From assembly GCA_964016885.1 (NCBI GenBank), contig OZ024742.1:211482001-211546000 (forward strand): 64,000 nt of DNA, given 5' to 3'. This DNA comes from Eledone cirrhosa (Eukaryota). Made by a program: the position numbers and the translations under genes. Below, one piece after another: positions 43,790 to 58,149 of this stretch; positions within the stretch are counted from its first letter, which is position 1; the number at the start of each line of letters is the position of its first letter. The notes under the pieces were generated by a model. It was given only the letters and a program-made list of their open reading frames with translations. It did not search any database and was not told the origin of the DNA.

Positions 43790-45625
43790 CACATATCATC
43801 ACATCCATTTTCCACACTAGCATGGGTTAGGCGGGATTGTCCTGTCGTGGGCTATCCTAGCTCAGGTGACCACGTCTTGCTCATACCGGTCTGGTTCTGA
43901 CTTAGTTTCTATAGCTAAATGCCTTCCCAGCGTCAACCTCAATTTACAGTGAGTACGGGGTGCTTCTTATCGTGACACCTACACGACCACTTTACAGAGT
44001 GGGCTGGGCACTTTTTTCTGCAACACCATCGCAGCCACTTTACAGTGTGGGCTGTGGGGCTTTACAGGATGCATTTACTTTGGCCTGTCCTCCTGGGGGT
44101 GGGGGTGTATGGAGGTGTATGGGGTGTGGCATACTGTATATATGCTTCGGCTTGTGCTCGTGGGAAGTCAGGTCTTCTGTATTACTGCGTATTGCCAGAG
44201 ACCCGGTCATGTGTCATCGCCTTTGAGAGGTGCAATTGGGCAAGGTGGGCTTTTACCACCTCATCCCAAGTGTTCCTGGGTCTCCCCACTCTAAGGCTTC
44301 CATCGACTTTGAGCGCTCTGCACCTTTTTATGCAGCTGTCATCCTTCATATGCATCACATGTCCATACCAACGCAATCTCCTCTTCTGCACACAGTATTT
44401 GATTCCTCTTATGCCTAGTTTCTCTCTCAGTTCATTTATGCTTTGCCGTTCTCGTATATTACTATTACACATCTATCAGAGCATGCAGGCTTCATTTCTT
44501 TTCAATCTATGCAAGCCTTCTGCGCACAGCACCCATCTCACTACCATGCAACATAGCTGTTCGTATGCATGCATCATACAGTCTGCCTTTCATTCTGAGG
44601 GAGAGGCCTTTTGTAGCCAGCAGTGGGAGTAGCTCCCTGAACTTACTCCATCCCGTTCTTACTCTGGCTACTGTGCTTTCAGAACACCCACCACCGCTGC
44701 TAATTCGGTCACCTAAGTAGCAGAAGTTGTCTACTGTTTCTACAGAGCCCTCCCAAAATTTGGTAGAACTTGTTTTCTGTGGCCGTTTGCTGCTTACTGT
44801 TCCAGTGCAACTGCTACATGTAAAACCTATATTCTTAGCTAAACTTCCTGAGATCCCACTACATCTCTTGTGTGCCCACAGTTTGCATATGGGGCAGAGG
44901 ATGGAGTTTCTACCAAAGCATTTCCTATATACTGAACAAGGTCATTTCCCTGAGGCGATCTGGGTTCTGTTTTCTCTTCTACTTACTAGGACCTTAGTCT
45001 TTGTCAGGTTGACTTTGAGATCCCTTCCTTCTAGGCCCTGCTTCCATGTTTGGAATTTCTTCTCTAGTTCCACCATAGATTCAGCTATGAGCATAAGATC
45101 ATCCATGTACAGAAGTTCCCATGGGCAGCCTGTCTTAAACTCCTCCGTTATAGCCTGCAAAATGATAATAAACAGGAGCAGGCTAAGAACAGAGCCCTGG
45201 TAGACGCCAACTTGTACACTAAATTCCTCGCTATAGTCATTGTTAATCCTGACTTTACTGACTGCTCCCCTATACATGGCTTGTTCAGCTTTCACAAGCC
45301 ATTCATCTACTCATAGTTTTGTAAGAGCCCACCAAATTATGTCGTGGGGTACTCTGTCGAAAGCTTTCACCATATCAACAAATGCAAGGTAGAGAGGCTT
45401 ACTTTTAGCTAGGTACTTTTCCTGTAACTGTCCTACAAGGAAGAGGGCATCAGTGGTGCTTTTGCCTGGCACAAATCCAAACTGCATCTCATCTAGATTT
45501 ACCCTGTCCCTAATCAACTGTGCTATGACTCTTTCTGTTACTTTCATTACTTAGTCCATCAGTTTTATACCGCTATTGTTATCTCTATCTAGTACATCCC
45601 TTTACCCTTATAGCAATTGACAATG
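43790..45625 (-). mobile_element. RTE-clade LINE, 5'-truncated, decayed
   Basis: QFGFVPGKSTTDA..FVDMVKAFDRVP; GVYQGSVLS; LYMDDL; RRLRWYGHV..GRPRNTW; related 3'-end repeats at ~43470-43740. Confidence 0.92.
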
Positions 45626-45639
45626 TTGCCATCTGGTAT

Positions 45640-48600
45640 TACTTGGTTTGTGTCCGTGAAACATACATATATACATCAGGTCTGAATACAAAGGAACCAA
45701 ACTCCCACTGTCACTACCTCCGTCTCTCCCGCTCTCCACATCTCTCACAATTATGAGCAAATGGGGGCCCATGTGCTGGCATCCCCACGGTACTGGCCGA
45801 CAGAATAGAGAAGGTGTTTCCCTGGATGATGGTGAGGGAGATGTGCTGGAAGAGCCATTCCAGCTCGCAAGTCTCGCACCTGCAAGTAGCCAACTCTCTG
45901 CTGATGGTGAATAGTGAGGTGGCCTCAGGGCCAAGGACACCAGAAATCCCTACTGCTACGGATTTGACCGCAAACCTGTCGAAGAGTGACTGATATTTGG
46001 AGAGTTTACTTTCCTTAGCCCAAAGTGCAACAGAGCCTGGATTAGTCACTGACTGCACCAGGTTTCCTTTGGATAATGTGTTGCTACATGTGGCATTCCA
46101 GAACCACCATGAAATGGGAAGACGGTCATGCCGTCTGGCTTTTTGCCGTCCTCTTGATCCAACCCCACCAGCTTGAGCTGGGAGGGGAAGCTTGCAGCAT
46201 CCAAGCCATGCTTTATGACCTCATTGAGAGCAACAGGGTGTTGAAAGCGACCAGTACTGTAGAGACAGGACAGCGGGTGGAGACCGAAAGAGTCTATGGC
46301 GGATCCACAGCGACATTTGTGTGGCTTGCTGATCCAGAGGCCGAGCCTCAGGGAAACTCTGATTTGAAGGTTATCATTATCCAGTTGTGTGCTAGTTGAA
46401 AAGGAGGGTAAGATATTGAGCCAGTCACAGCAGAGGGGGTTGTGAGGCTGAGCAAAAACATGCGAGGCAGTGCTGGTTGAGTTGGCGGGCCAGCCTGTCT
46501 GAGACCATGTTCGATGACAGCCCATATGCCCGGGGTTGGGTGGGTGGGGGAATGACATCAACAGGGTGTAGAGGAGAAGGGACGTCTACTGGGCAGAGTC
46601 TGAGCCGGTTCCAAGTCTTGCAGGCAGCCCCATGTTCCTCGATCATAGTGGGTTCCATTATATTTTGGAGAACCCTGTTGATGAGGACATGGCAAGAGGT
46701 TTCTGACAACAGGAATGCCGGCAAAGCCAGTGGGACCAGAGACCAAGGCCACCATTTCTAACAGGTAAGGTGGCCTGTTGCCATCCAAAGTCATCAAACC
46801 TGACGTTGCATATCTCCTTAGCTGCTGCTCAGATACAAGTGTCGATGTCAGTGAGGAGAGATGCATGGCTGTAGCAAGGAGCGTTACGTAGTGTGTAGAG
46901 GAGCTTCAGCATGGCAAAGCAGTTCCTCAACAGGAAGAGGGCTGGATGGGCGTCAATCATGCCCAGTCTACTCATGAAGGTCGTGAGTTGCTGGAGATGG
47001 ATCCAATGGTGGAGCAGATAGCCAGCAGGTGGATCGGCGACCTAAGGATGAGGACATCCTCTTTTGGGCTCACATGCACCTGGCAGAGAATGGATTGCAT
47101 ATCTGAGACAGAGGCTGCAAGGCCCTCTGCATCGTGGTTAACATTCACCACCTCCAACTTTGACAAATTGACCTCGAAGCTGATTCTCACCACCAAATGC
47201 AGGTCATGGCAGACAGTCTCCATGGACCCACCCAATGTGGTATCATTCAGGTATCAAACATTGAAAGGATACCGAGAGCAAAAAGATGTGGGCCCAAAGG
47301 GTTACCCTGTTGGACCCTAGTGGCTGGAAATATGACTGTGTCAGCAGCAAGGAGAATGGTCAGGGCTCCACATGACAGATAGGCCAGCAGGTAGGCAGAG
47401 GGGCCATAGCGTACACTGTTAAAGGCATTCCTCATGTCAAGATTGACAATGAAGTGCCTGGCGTCCCTCGATGCCAGTTCCGGTGGGCAGCTGTTGAAGA
47501 ACTGCCTGGCTACATGTGTACCACTCTCACACCCACCAGACATGCCATCCCCTATTTGCACTGAGCTCCTCACCCAGTTCAGATGTGATGGGCTTGCAGA
47601 CCACCTTGGCTGCCAACCTCTGGTAACATTGCCCACAGCGATGGGGCATATGTCGCCCACATACTTCCTATGAGCGGTCAGGATGGCCGAAAAGAAGAGG
47701 CCTCAAGCATAAGTGTCCAGGGCGCCATGGATGAACTTGTTGATGAGTTCGACAATTGCACTCAGAAGGCAGCGTCTGGCTTCAGCTGATAGGAGGGATA
47801 GTAACACTTTGAAGTGGCCAGGTCGGAGACCATCAGTACCACCTGCTGCTGCTAGCAGGGAAGCCTGCATCTGATGCCACAAAGAGCAGGTGAGGATCAG
47901 GTGGAAGTATGGGTCTGATCTCTGCAGGCTGCTCATGATACTTGAGCCAAAGAGCAGCTAGGACCTCCTCGGTGGGGTGGAAGACGGTGTCCTCCGAGGT
48001 GAAAACTCTGACCTCAACCAAGACATCACCCTCGATTAGTTTGGTGTTTATGCAGTGCTGACCTCAGAGGTGGAGGATTGAGGGCACCTGAGAGTAGATG
48101 GTGTGGCGTTTTGGGGCACACTTAGGATGGATGCTTGCCCAAATGACGAAATGTTGGCCTTGACAAAAGCTGCTGTTGACAGACAACCTTGGTCAACACC
48201 AGAGTTGGAGAGGCCAAGGACGAGTGGGATGAAATGGCAGAGGCATTCACAGTCACTGGCTCGATTTGAGTCTAGGGCCCTCTCGATTGACGGTGTGAGG
48301 GTGTCGGCCACCGGCACCCGGGCTGCTCTCAGGATCTTGAGAGGGATATTCTAGAGCTGCCTGAGCCAAGCAATGTTGACTAGCAAGGCTTGAGCAACAG
48401 ACAAGCTCGCTGTCTCATCTTGTGGTGTAGTGGATGGCCGCAGTTGTGCAGACGAGGGGAAGAGACAGTTGCCGCATCTCCAAGCTGTGAGGGCACTGGA
48501 GGCTCGACGTGTCAGGCCAACACAAGAAAGGTGGTGGAAACTGCTGCACCCCGAACAGTTCAGGCCTTTCTTCCACCTGTTTGCGGTGGTGCATGTGCTG

Positions 48601-48720
48601 CAGGTGTTGACTAGTTGGGATGGAGGGTGCTGCATAGAGCACTATGCAGCAACATGTGTGTGTGGCTGGTTGTCTCTGGCCAGAGTGCTTGGCTCAATGG
48701 TAGGTGGGTGTAAGGGAAAA
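45640..48720 (-). mobile_element. CRE-like non-LTR retrotransposon (PHD finger, RT, CCHC, restriction-like endonuclease), decayed
   Basis: CSTC..CSGCSSFHHLSC..WRCGNC; PIAVGN..GGCE..LDMRNAFNS..VQQGNPLGP; CRCGSAIDSFGLHPLSC; KKPDG; SKLSKY..GVLGPEA. Confidence 0.85.
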
Positions 48721-49124
48721 ACTGGAATCTCACGGAAGTGGGCAGGGTGATGATATGAAGGAGGCATCATATCTCACCTACGCCAGATCCGAAGGCAACA
48801 GAAGACAAGACAAAAAAAAAAAACAAAAAAAAAACAGGGTGTTCCAGTGGAAAATCTAAGAGATCGATGTGTATAACTATGGTCTGTGGAACAATCTTGA
48901 AGGATTATAATCAGTCATATCAACTCCAGTATTTATTTCGGTTTAGTACTCATTTTATCGATTTTTTTAATCGAAAGTGTGTTAACCTTTTGTGAAAGAG
49001 GATGGACCTTAACGCATCAATTAACACCAATGCACACATTACACATACATACATACAAATTTATATATATATATATATATATATGAATTTATTTTGCAAG
49101 GTTTTTGATATGAAATTGTGTGTA

Positions 49125-49392
49125 ATTACAATACAATGGGAGGAAACATAATAGTGCCACTGATGATGTCACAGGTGTGTGATGAAAGAACTTTGATAGA
49201 CTATATATATATTTATATCTATATTTTTAACTGTTTGTCAATCAAGGCTAAACATTGATTGCCGGATAAATTAACTCTAGGGATATAAAATATACAGAAG
49301 TGAAAACCAATCCAAACCAAACAGTGAGTGTGTTTTATTATTATTTCTGGCAATATTACAACAATATGACCCTCCCCAAATATAACAATATA
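49125..49392 (+). mobile_element. Solo pLTR plus tail of the Neptune-like PLE family with HHR motif (49156-49197)
   Basis: Near-identical to 24372-24452; tail matches 27690-27897. Confidence 0.75.
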
Positions 49393-50574
49393 TATAGGTA
49401 TTTGAGATATCATTTTCGGTTTCCCTAGTTCAGAGTAGGAGTAACCTATAACAAGGACTGTTTCAGCATACAGGGTCGTTGACTCAAAAAGAGGTTTACT
49501 TCCGGAGGTCAATCGTGTGGTTATCCTTAGAGAGTTCCTTATTCAGTAATACTTATATATGTATATATGTTTGTATGTGTGTGTGTTGAACAATGAACAT
49601 GTAACAAAAGTTCTTAATTAGTTCATTGTTTTACGATCGTTTCAGAGGGTTGATTGATCATGAAATATCGATACATTGACTAGGAAGTAGTGGTTATGTC
49701 ACTGCCTATTTCTAGTCTCGAAATCCCTTACCCATCAGACTGTCTTCCTCACCATGATGACCCTGTGATAAACAGGCAAAACTCCAGAGTAACAAGACTC
49801 AGTACTTAGCCTTAATAAAATTAATATTAAAACTCTACTTTGGTATTGAGTAGTCCTTTCTCTCAGCCGTCAACCACATACAGGATGTATATCTACACCG
49901 AACTTGTCCTCTGGACTGAGTGCTCTACTTACTACGGATATAACTTTCCTGTTTTTGAGATGTCAACATGAATGGACCAATTATTTTTATCTAAAGACAT
50001 TTTTTCCAATTCCATCCCGCGCATCCCCTTAATCTATTTTATTTCTCATTCTTTCTTCTGATGAAGGACTAGCGTTCGAAATGCTAAGACCCTCTTCCTG
50101 CTATATCAAGCGTTAACCTAATATATACCTTCCATATACTGTTCCGATTGTGTTGTTATTTCTGTTTACCTTTTACATATATAGATATATATATAAATAG
50201 TTTGACTTAACTCCGCACTACTGCCGGTTCCATCACCAAAACACGCCTCTCCCCTTCTCTATAATTATGATTTGAAATTCTGAGAAACAATCTTTTAACC
50301 TGTGCAAGGTCTATATTTCTCTTCCATTGCTTCATTTAATCTTGAAGGGAACAAAACAACTCCTGTTGTGTTGATGCCATGATAAAATGCACACAGTAAA
50401 GTGGTTTGTGATCAAATGGAGACAACATAGGGTAGAGATGTCTCTCCAGTATGGGCAAAGATGTAACATTCTTTTGAGTGCTAATGCCATGATAAAATGC
50501 ACCCAGTTCACTCTATGATGTAGCTGATGTTAATAAGGACATTTAGTCATAGAAACGTTGTGAAAATGGTTTTT

Positions 50575-50975
50575 AGTGCTCAGGTGCACTACAACTTGTC
50601 AAAGGTGCATGTATAGTACATAGAATAATATACAAATGTCAGGGAAGTGAATAGTGTATGAGTCATGATATACATGTGTGTATGTGTATGGAGGGGGAAT
50701 ATTAGGTGTAGTGTTGGCGAATCTCAGGCAGCATGGAGGTTTTAAAGGATGCAGTGTCTCGACAACTAATAACTGATGCAGGTAGTTTGTTCCATGCTTC
50801 AGCAACTCTGAGCATGAAAAAATGTTTCCGAAAGTCATGGGAACTGTGCTGTTTTCTGACTTTGTGGGCATGCCCACGTGTGTTAGACACATGGAAATCA
50901 AAAAGGTACTCAGGGTTGTTGTTGTCAAGATGGTTAATCTGTTGAGGAGAGCCGTAACTAAAAAAAGAACTGACT
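50575..50975 (-). mobile_element. CR1-type LINE 3' fragment
   Basis: NTRGHAHKVRKQHSSHDFRKHFFMLRVAEAWNKLP. Confidence 0.85.
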
Positions 50976-51518
50976 TGGTCAGTGACAACCACTCCAACCC
51001 ATGCCACCATGGAAAATAAACATAAAATGATGATGATTATATATATATATGTGTGTTGACAAGTTCTCTGATATTTGTCTATCTTTTCAAAGCCTCTCAT
51101 GAATTTAACATCAATACATATGCTATGTAATGTTCAGTTTCAGCAATGTCAAGTTTATTACTCAATAAGACAGTAGTTGCATATACACCCAATCTAATCC
51201 AAATATTATTGATGTTTAAGGATTACAATTACAATCAATGGACTTATCCTTATTGATATTCTCCTGTTAACTAAGTTAAAACAGATTCATTCACGGCCTA
51301 TAAACCTTATAAGCGGTGAATTGATAGAGTCATTAAAACATTGGATAGAATGATTTGCGGTATTCATTTCGGCTCTCTGGGTTGAAATCCCGCCAAGGTT
51401 AACTTTACCTTTCATGCATTTGAGGTCAATAATAAAAAGTACCAGTCGAGTACTGGGGTCGATTTTTCCTCTATATCTCTTTCTCACTTCCATTCTCTCA
51501 CTTATTATCCTTCTCTAG

Positions 51519-51637
51519 AAGAAATCTGCTGTATTCAGACATGGAAAGGAATGGGCTCCACCAGGTTTATAAATGCCCAAGAAATGCTCTATGTGAATAG
51601 GGCACCCCTACAACTCACTCAGGAATTTCAGGAGCAT
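51519..51637 (+). CDS. Candidate exon (119 nt), unknown product
   Basis: Polypyrimidine..ctctag| and |gtatgc; EICCIQTWKGMGSTRFINAQEMLYVNRAPLQLTQEFQEH; phase-compatible with 52703-52784. Confidence 0.3.
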
Positions 51638-52244
51638 GTATGCATGTCTTCACAATAATTAGAGTGTAACATTATTTTACTCATTATTCCATCAACAAAA
51701 ACTGTGAACACATAATTTACAGTCTAAGCTGGTTTTTATTGAGATATATCGGCAGGACAAACATGGCCCTTTGAAAAATTTCATTTGGAAATTCTTCAAT
51801 TATATAAACTTACCCTGATTCATATGTTCCCAAGAGTTACTTTGAATTGCTCAATGATAATATCTCTAGTTATTAAAAACTGTATTTCTAGAAATTTGAT
51901 CTATAATGAGGATATATGTATGGAGAAATTTTACCACACAATTAAAAATAAGATGAAAATACACACAAATATGAACTTCTTTAATTTAGTGAAATCTCAA
52001 AAATAATTTGAATATATTTGATTTTTTGGGGCTTTGGTTGTTTGTATTTTAATTCATCATGAAAATGGAAGCTTTCACATCAATTTATTCATATGAAATC
52101 AAATAAATGTTTAATTCTCTGCTACATTTTACCAATTATTTTACTCAAAGGCAGAAAATGATTTAATGCAATTAATTGAAATTGATTTTATTTTTAAATG
52201 CAATTAACCTTGGGTAACGACCAAAATAATATGATCATGAATAC

Positions 52245-52580
52245 AAGCAGCTGAAATGGGGTTTCTCTGAAGAGTCTTTGGAGTAATGTTATGCAATAGA
52301 GTGCATAGCTCAGAGAGCAGAGTCGCTCCTGGTGGAATTGCTATTTCTATTAATTGAGAGATAACAGCTCTGATATTATGGACATGAAGTTAGAATGTCT
52401 CAGGAAAGAATTGCTGGACAAAATTTACAGGTAAAACTAACCAGCAGACGACCCATGGTAGACCCTGAGCAAGCTGGTTGGATAACATCCATGAGCTTAG
52501 CTGGTCTTACTTGAAGATCCAATCAGATCAACTGGAGATGGTTGCTTCTGACAGAACCTGCTGGAAGGTGTGCTCGAGGA
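52245..52580 (+). mobile_element. Old RTE LINE 3' remnant
   Basis: Degenerate AAEMGFL..RV..SS..YYGH..RMSQERIA..GRP. Confidence 0.65.
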
Positions 52581-52702
52581 CTCTTTGCCCCCCACCCAAC
52601 CCCCGCCTCACCCCACCTGTAAAGATGTCATATTTGTGGAAGGGATCAACCCAGACTCCCTCTCATGTTAATTTGTCAAAGTAACAGGTTGTGTTTTCAA
52701 AG

Positions 52703-52784
52703 GTCTTGCGTGAAGCAATAATTTCTGACCAGAATTTGTGTGAGCATGATTCTTGGGTGAAACAATCAACAAAGACCATCCAAG
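52703..52784 (+). CDS. Candidate exon (82 nt), unknown product
   Basis: ttttcaaag| VLREAIISDQNLCEHDSWVKQSTKTIQ |gtaagt (strong donor). Confidence 0.28.
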
Positions 52785-52819
52785 GTAAGTGATTTTGTGA
52801 TTTCTATCACAAGCAATTT

Positions 52820-53990
52820 CAGTGTTGAGAAGGAAGCTACAGCCTGGCTGAACCACATCGACATAGCCAAGTTAGATGCGATGCTGAAGGGCATGAATTA
52901 TCCCCTGAGATAGAGGTTACACATTATTGAGATTCAAACTGATTTGACCACTGTACTTGGATAAGTGGGATTAGTGATCACTGAGAAGAGAATGAAAACA
53001 AAAGGGGTGCAGAGATGATAATCAAGCATCATCTAAGAATTCTGGGAGACTTAGCTGCTGAGTTGAACCTAAAGTTTTCACCAAGTCTTTGTATCCTCAG
53101 AGAGGAACAAGGCAGATGTTCTCACCAGGGTAAAATGAACTTGGTAGTGGGGCACCCAGAGCTAAAGAGACTGCATAGCATGCATCATATGGGACCCTAT
53201 TTTCATCCAGGAAAGTTGATTTAAATACCATCAGAGAGAGTGTTTGAAAAGTGGTCAGGAGCTGTTAGGTCTGTCCATTGAATGTGCATGTAATGGGGGA
53301 AGATTTGGGTAGAAGACGACTAAAAACGTTTTTCAGTAGATATGACACACTATTGGCAGGGGACATATCTCTCAATACCTGACTGTTGACCAGGGTAGTT
53401 GGTAGGAAGGAGACTGCAGGAAAAATATCCGGGGGTGCTAAATGAAATATTCCTGGAGAGGGGTCTGGTGGGTGAGCTGTTGATGAACAACAGCACTACA
53501 TTTCATTCAGAATTGCTGAAATAGATGCTTAACAAGTGGAATGAGAGTCACTTCAAAGTTGTGTATAGGCCAAGTGGAAATGTGGGGAGACACCATCACA
53601 CCATTATGGCTATGGCTGAGAGAGGACACATCTCTTCAATTGACGCCGTGTTTTTGGTACAGGTCACATTGGTCAGGATAAGCTGAGGAGTCAATGCCAC
53701 AAAGAGCAGTATTCAATTATGAATGGTATCATCTACGTACAGTGATGAAAAAGAGGAAGGGCCTGCATCCTTTCAAATCAGGGATTAGGTCTGGTTAAAA
53801 CCCCCAAATGTGCACTGCATGTCTCAATGGAGGAGGGGAATTAAACGATAAGAAAGAAGGAGAGGAATCAGCTCTCTGGCTCTGCGACGGTTGTGGAGAG
53901 AGCAACATCTGCCCATATGGACAGCCTACTTTGATGTGTTTTGAGAGTTGTGAAATAATTTTTAGATCAGAGGGGCATGCAGAGTAGTGA
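52820..53990 (+). mobile_element. Degraded Gypsy-type LTR retrotransposon RNase H/integrase relic
   Basis: HIDIAKLDAMLKG; LHSMHHMG; EIFLERG..ELLMNNSTTF; YRPSGN..RHHHTIMAMAERG; many frameshifts. Confidence 0.7.
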
Positions 53991-56118
53991 AAGGGTGTAG
54001 TAACATCACATTAGCAGAAGGGATCCATTCAGGCTCCTGTCTTGTCGCTATTTGTCAAAGAGATACCTTGTGTTTTTAAGGGTCTCATGTGAAACTCTAA
54101 TTCTGGCCAGAGTTTTAGGTGAGAATCATTTTTAGCTCATACAAGTAGGTAGGAGAAATGGCCAATACGGACCAGCCAAGGTAAGGGATTTTGCCTTTTC
54201 CACTACATAACTGATAAATTTCACATAAATTTGATGCTAAACAGTTCAGTATTTTGAAAAGTCATGCAATTAGCTGAAATAGGTAATTATTCAAAATGCA
54301 ATCAAGTGGAATTGACAGTGTCTTGCAAGGTGGAGGGGGACAATGGTTGTTCAAACCAGCAATAGAATGGAACCAATGAATCAAAGAACGAATAAAACTG
54401 AAATTGAAAGAAGCTAAAGTAAACTCCAAATTATGATTGTTACAGAATGAAAAGTTCAAACAAGGATATCTAAAAGAGTACAATGTCAAAGCATGCAAAG
54501 AAATATTAAGATTTAGATTGCATATAATAAATGCTGAAGCAAATTATAAGGGTGTAATGAAACGGAAGGAGACAGAGCCAATCTCACCTCCATGTGATAG
54601 TCCCTGGGAAAGCTTTGCTAACGGAGCTCTGTGAATGGAAAAACATGTTGATGAACGATAATGATAATCATACATTCATACATACATACATATATGTCGT
54701 AACTGTTCATTATATTTATGCCGACTAATCAGACATGATGTGGTCTGAAAAGAAAGATGAAATGAAAACATATGAAGAAGAATAAATGCAGAAAAACATA
54801 GAGGGCCCTTAATAGCTTAGACGAACAACGAAAGCCACCAAATTGCTGAAACAAAGAAATATATGTAAAAAAAAAAGAAAAGAAAAAAAGAACAAAAATG
54901 AAACAAACCTGATAGTGAACAATGACAGAATCGCAGACTGTGTTCCGTCTCGTAAGTAAGGTACATAACTCTGGTTACCTTAATCTTGCCAGGCTTGTAT
55001 AGATTACTCTCTCTTGTTTCACAGTTGTTTTGTAATAAGGAAAAACACGCTACACTAATAAAACCAGAAAATCTGAAACCACCAACTAGAAACATTAATA
55101 TTGGAGAAGGAATTTAGCAATAAAATACCAATAACACCTAAATTTGAAACTGTATTTATTAGATATGAACCAGCTCACACACACATACACACACACAAAT
55201 ATTACTTATTTTTAAAAAAAGGGGACACAACTACAGTTTAGTTCTCCACTGACTTTCTTAGTTATACATATTTTTAAAATGAAAATTTGCAGATACATTT
55301 TCCATGTTTATGAAATAAAAAACAAAATTGATTTAATTTAAAAAAAATACTTTTATTATTGTATAGTTCCATTTCTTAATGCTTTCATTTACTGGTTACT
55401 TTCAATTTGAGTTTTTAGTTGGCTAAACATAAATTCGGTAATTTTTTTCAGTATGCCTTCCAATTACTAAACTTTATTTGTCAACATAACCGTCATCATA
55501 ATATTACAAATAAAAAGAGAAAAAAGTAAAAAAAGGGAAAGGTAAAAAAAAAAGAAAAGAAACACAAACGGGATCACATACAACAAAAGGCAGGCGAAAA
55601 GAGTGGACAACGAACATAAATGTTGATAATATCAATAAAGATAATAATATAGATTTATAAAATAAGTTATATTAAATATTGCAGATATATAAGCTGAAGT
55701 ACACCGTTTCAAAGAAATGTTTCTAGCTAAAATAGACAGAGATATTGCTATTCTATGTCTTGTGGTCCAAAACAGTTACATGTGATAACTGTAACAATCC
55801 TACCAGGTTAACTAAAACGTTCAGGAACAATTGACGTGACATTGTCGATGTTCAACTTTGAAAGGGAACAAGAATATTGGAAGTGTCCACCACCTCAGGT
55901 TCAATGACAAGGTGGTAGCTGTGTTCCATAGTTGTTTCTTCCTATTCTCCTTCTCTAACTGCTCCTACCTATTTTCACTCGCTCCCACCATCAACACACA
56001 CACACACATATATATATATAGCGATGAAATACCAATGAAGGTTGGAAAATCACTGATGAAGGACTATTTTTTTCATATGTAACCCATGTGCAACCACGCA
56101 GCACTCAATTCTTCTCAT

Positions 56119-56215
<97 letters not shown>

Positions 56216-56275
56216 TCCGGAGTAATGTAAAATAAAATAAATAAGTCAAATATATACAATTTGGCTTCGTTTATT

Positions 56276-56330
56276 ACTGCTATATATATTTCGGTGACAG
56301 CCATCTTTGGCTGTGACCTCTTCAGACAGT
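56276..56330 (-). ncRNA. Type I hammerhead ribozyme
   Basis: actgt-CTGAAGA-ggtcacagcc-aaagat-ggctgtcacc-GAAA-tatata-TA-gcagt. Confidence 0.85.
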
Positions 56331-57914
56331 CCGAATTGGTGGGTTAGAGACGGGTACACTTGTTATTGAAGTGTTTAACTCCGTCAATACTGCGATATGT
56401 CCAGTTCCTGGTTAGGTTGTTATTTCTCTGAGGAACTGGAATCATATTAATTCAAACAAACGAATTTCAGCGTCAAAGGACACCCCCACCTCTCATTGGT
56501 CAGTTGTGATAACCTTCCCCAGTCGAAAGTGTATAGAAATTCTTTGAGGCGAGGCAATCTGTAGTGGTTGTTTTTGTTAATTATAGCTGACCTCCTCTCT
56601 TATGTTAGTAGTGGTGTTGGTATTGGGGTCAGCTTAAGTCCGGCCCCTGTTATTATTAGGAGAACTTGTGTGTGCGTGCTGGCGTCTATCCTGTCACCAT
56701 TTCTCGTGCTGGTGGTGGTGGGGGCTGTGCCAGGCAGATGAAGAAATAAGATACGATAAAATGGAAGGCAATAAAATGAAGAGAATAAAGAAAATAAAAA
56801 ATAAAAAGATGAAGAGAGAAATGAGAATAAAATGAAATGAAAGGGTAAAACACGAAAAAATAAAAGAATAAGATAAAGGAATAAAAAAAGTAAAATAAAA
56901 TAAGAAAATAAATTAACAAAAAAATGATAAAATAGTAAAAGGAAAGAGATAATAAAAGAATAAGATAGGATAGTCAAATAAAATGCGTGTGTGTTATAAC
57001 CAATCTCAAAGTTTGAAAGATTTGGAATATATTGACCAAAGTATACAGGCTGTGTTTCGGAATGACAAAGTGCAAAGGATCACAATCTTTACACTATCAT
57101 GCTGTGGTGTGTTTTAAGATCAACTGAGACAAGGGTGGAGTGTTAAAATCCGGAAATAAAAGAATAAAAAAAATTCCTTTGGATTTCCAGCTTCTGTAGG
57201 TAATTCCCACGTAATATGTATAGTATTTTTGTAGATTCTGAATCTTCATATTTCATATGGTGGCTGCCAACTCGTTTTCGAGTACGGCCACTACTTTATA
57301 TCCATGTAGGAGAACCCCTACTGATGCGCTGAACGAGTGTGACTTTTTAGTCCAGCCAGCGACTTGAAAACTCTGGTACAAAGACTACACTTGTGACAAT
57401 TATTGACACATAGTGTTGGGCCCATGGTACCATGTGACGACAAGTGCAGAGAGATCTCCAGATATAAAGCAATGCCTGTGCCGTGAAGCTTTTATAGTGA
57501 GCAAAGGCACTGCACAAAGCCAGTCCCACTCTCTTAACCAAGATGATATTTACCAAAAAGAAGAACAAGTCAACATCATTGGATACCATCAGGGTTGCAG
57601 GTGTTATATCAGAGTTTTCCTTCTCCTAGAATTCTGCCTTGACAAAGGCTAAGGGGTCATCTCTCCCGGTGATTTTGGATGGCCATTGACTCTTAAGAGC
57701 TCCTTTGCCCTTTGACAGGTTTTGTTTTTAGTCCTGCAGGATGTCCAAAGTCACCCTCCTCACCAAGAAACCTTGGTGGGGTTGCCAGTTTAGTCGCCAA
57801 CGACCCGACCATGAGACAGGTTGTACTGGGATACATGTTACCAGTAGCACCAACTGGTGACCTGACATAAATTATACACATATATATACATACATATATA
57901 TATATATATATATA

Positions 57915-58062
57915 AAAGGAACGATCGACTTTCGTCAAATCGGACCGAGGGAACAATGTTTCCGTTGGTCTTTCCAATTGCTAATACTATCTATCGGTCG
58001 CAACTCCAGGTAGAAGGAGCAACGTGAAATAAAGTGTCTTGCTCAAGGACATAACGCATCGC

Positions 58063-58065
<3 letters not shown>
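57915..58065 (-). mobile_element. CORE-SINE-like fragment
   Basis: Minus strand gtccttgagcaagacactttatttcac. Confidence 0.55.
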
Positions 58066-58110
<45 letters not shown>

Positions 58111-58149
58111 CGGTAAGAAATTGTTTTCTTATATCAATGTTTAATGGGC

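Noticed and set aside
56031-56065. gaaa..ctgatga (also at ~8470-8512 minus) as a type II hammerhead
   Set aside because: No room for stem I or a cleavage triplet, and no stem II pairing.
56600-56977. Duplicated hydrophobic 125-aa ORF (also 60823-61200)
   Set aside because: T-rich low-complexity pLTR sequence; the identity reflects the inverted duplication, not coding constraint.
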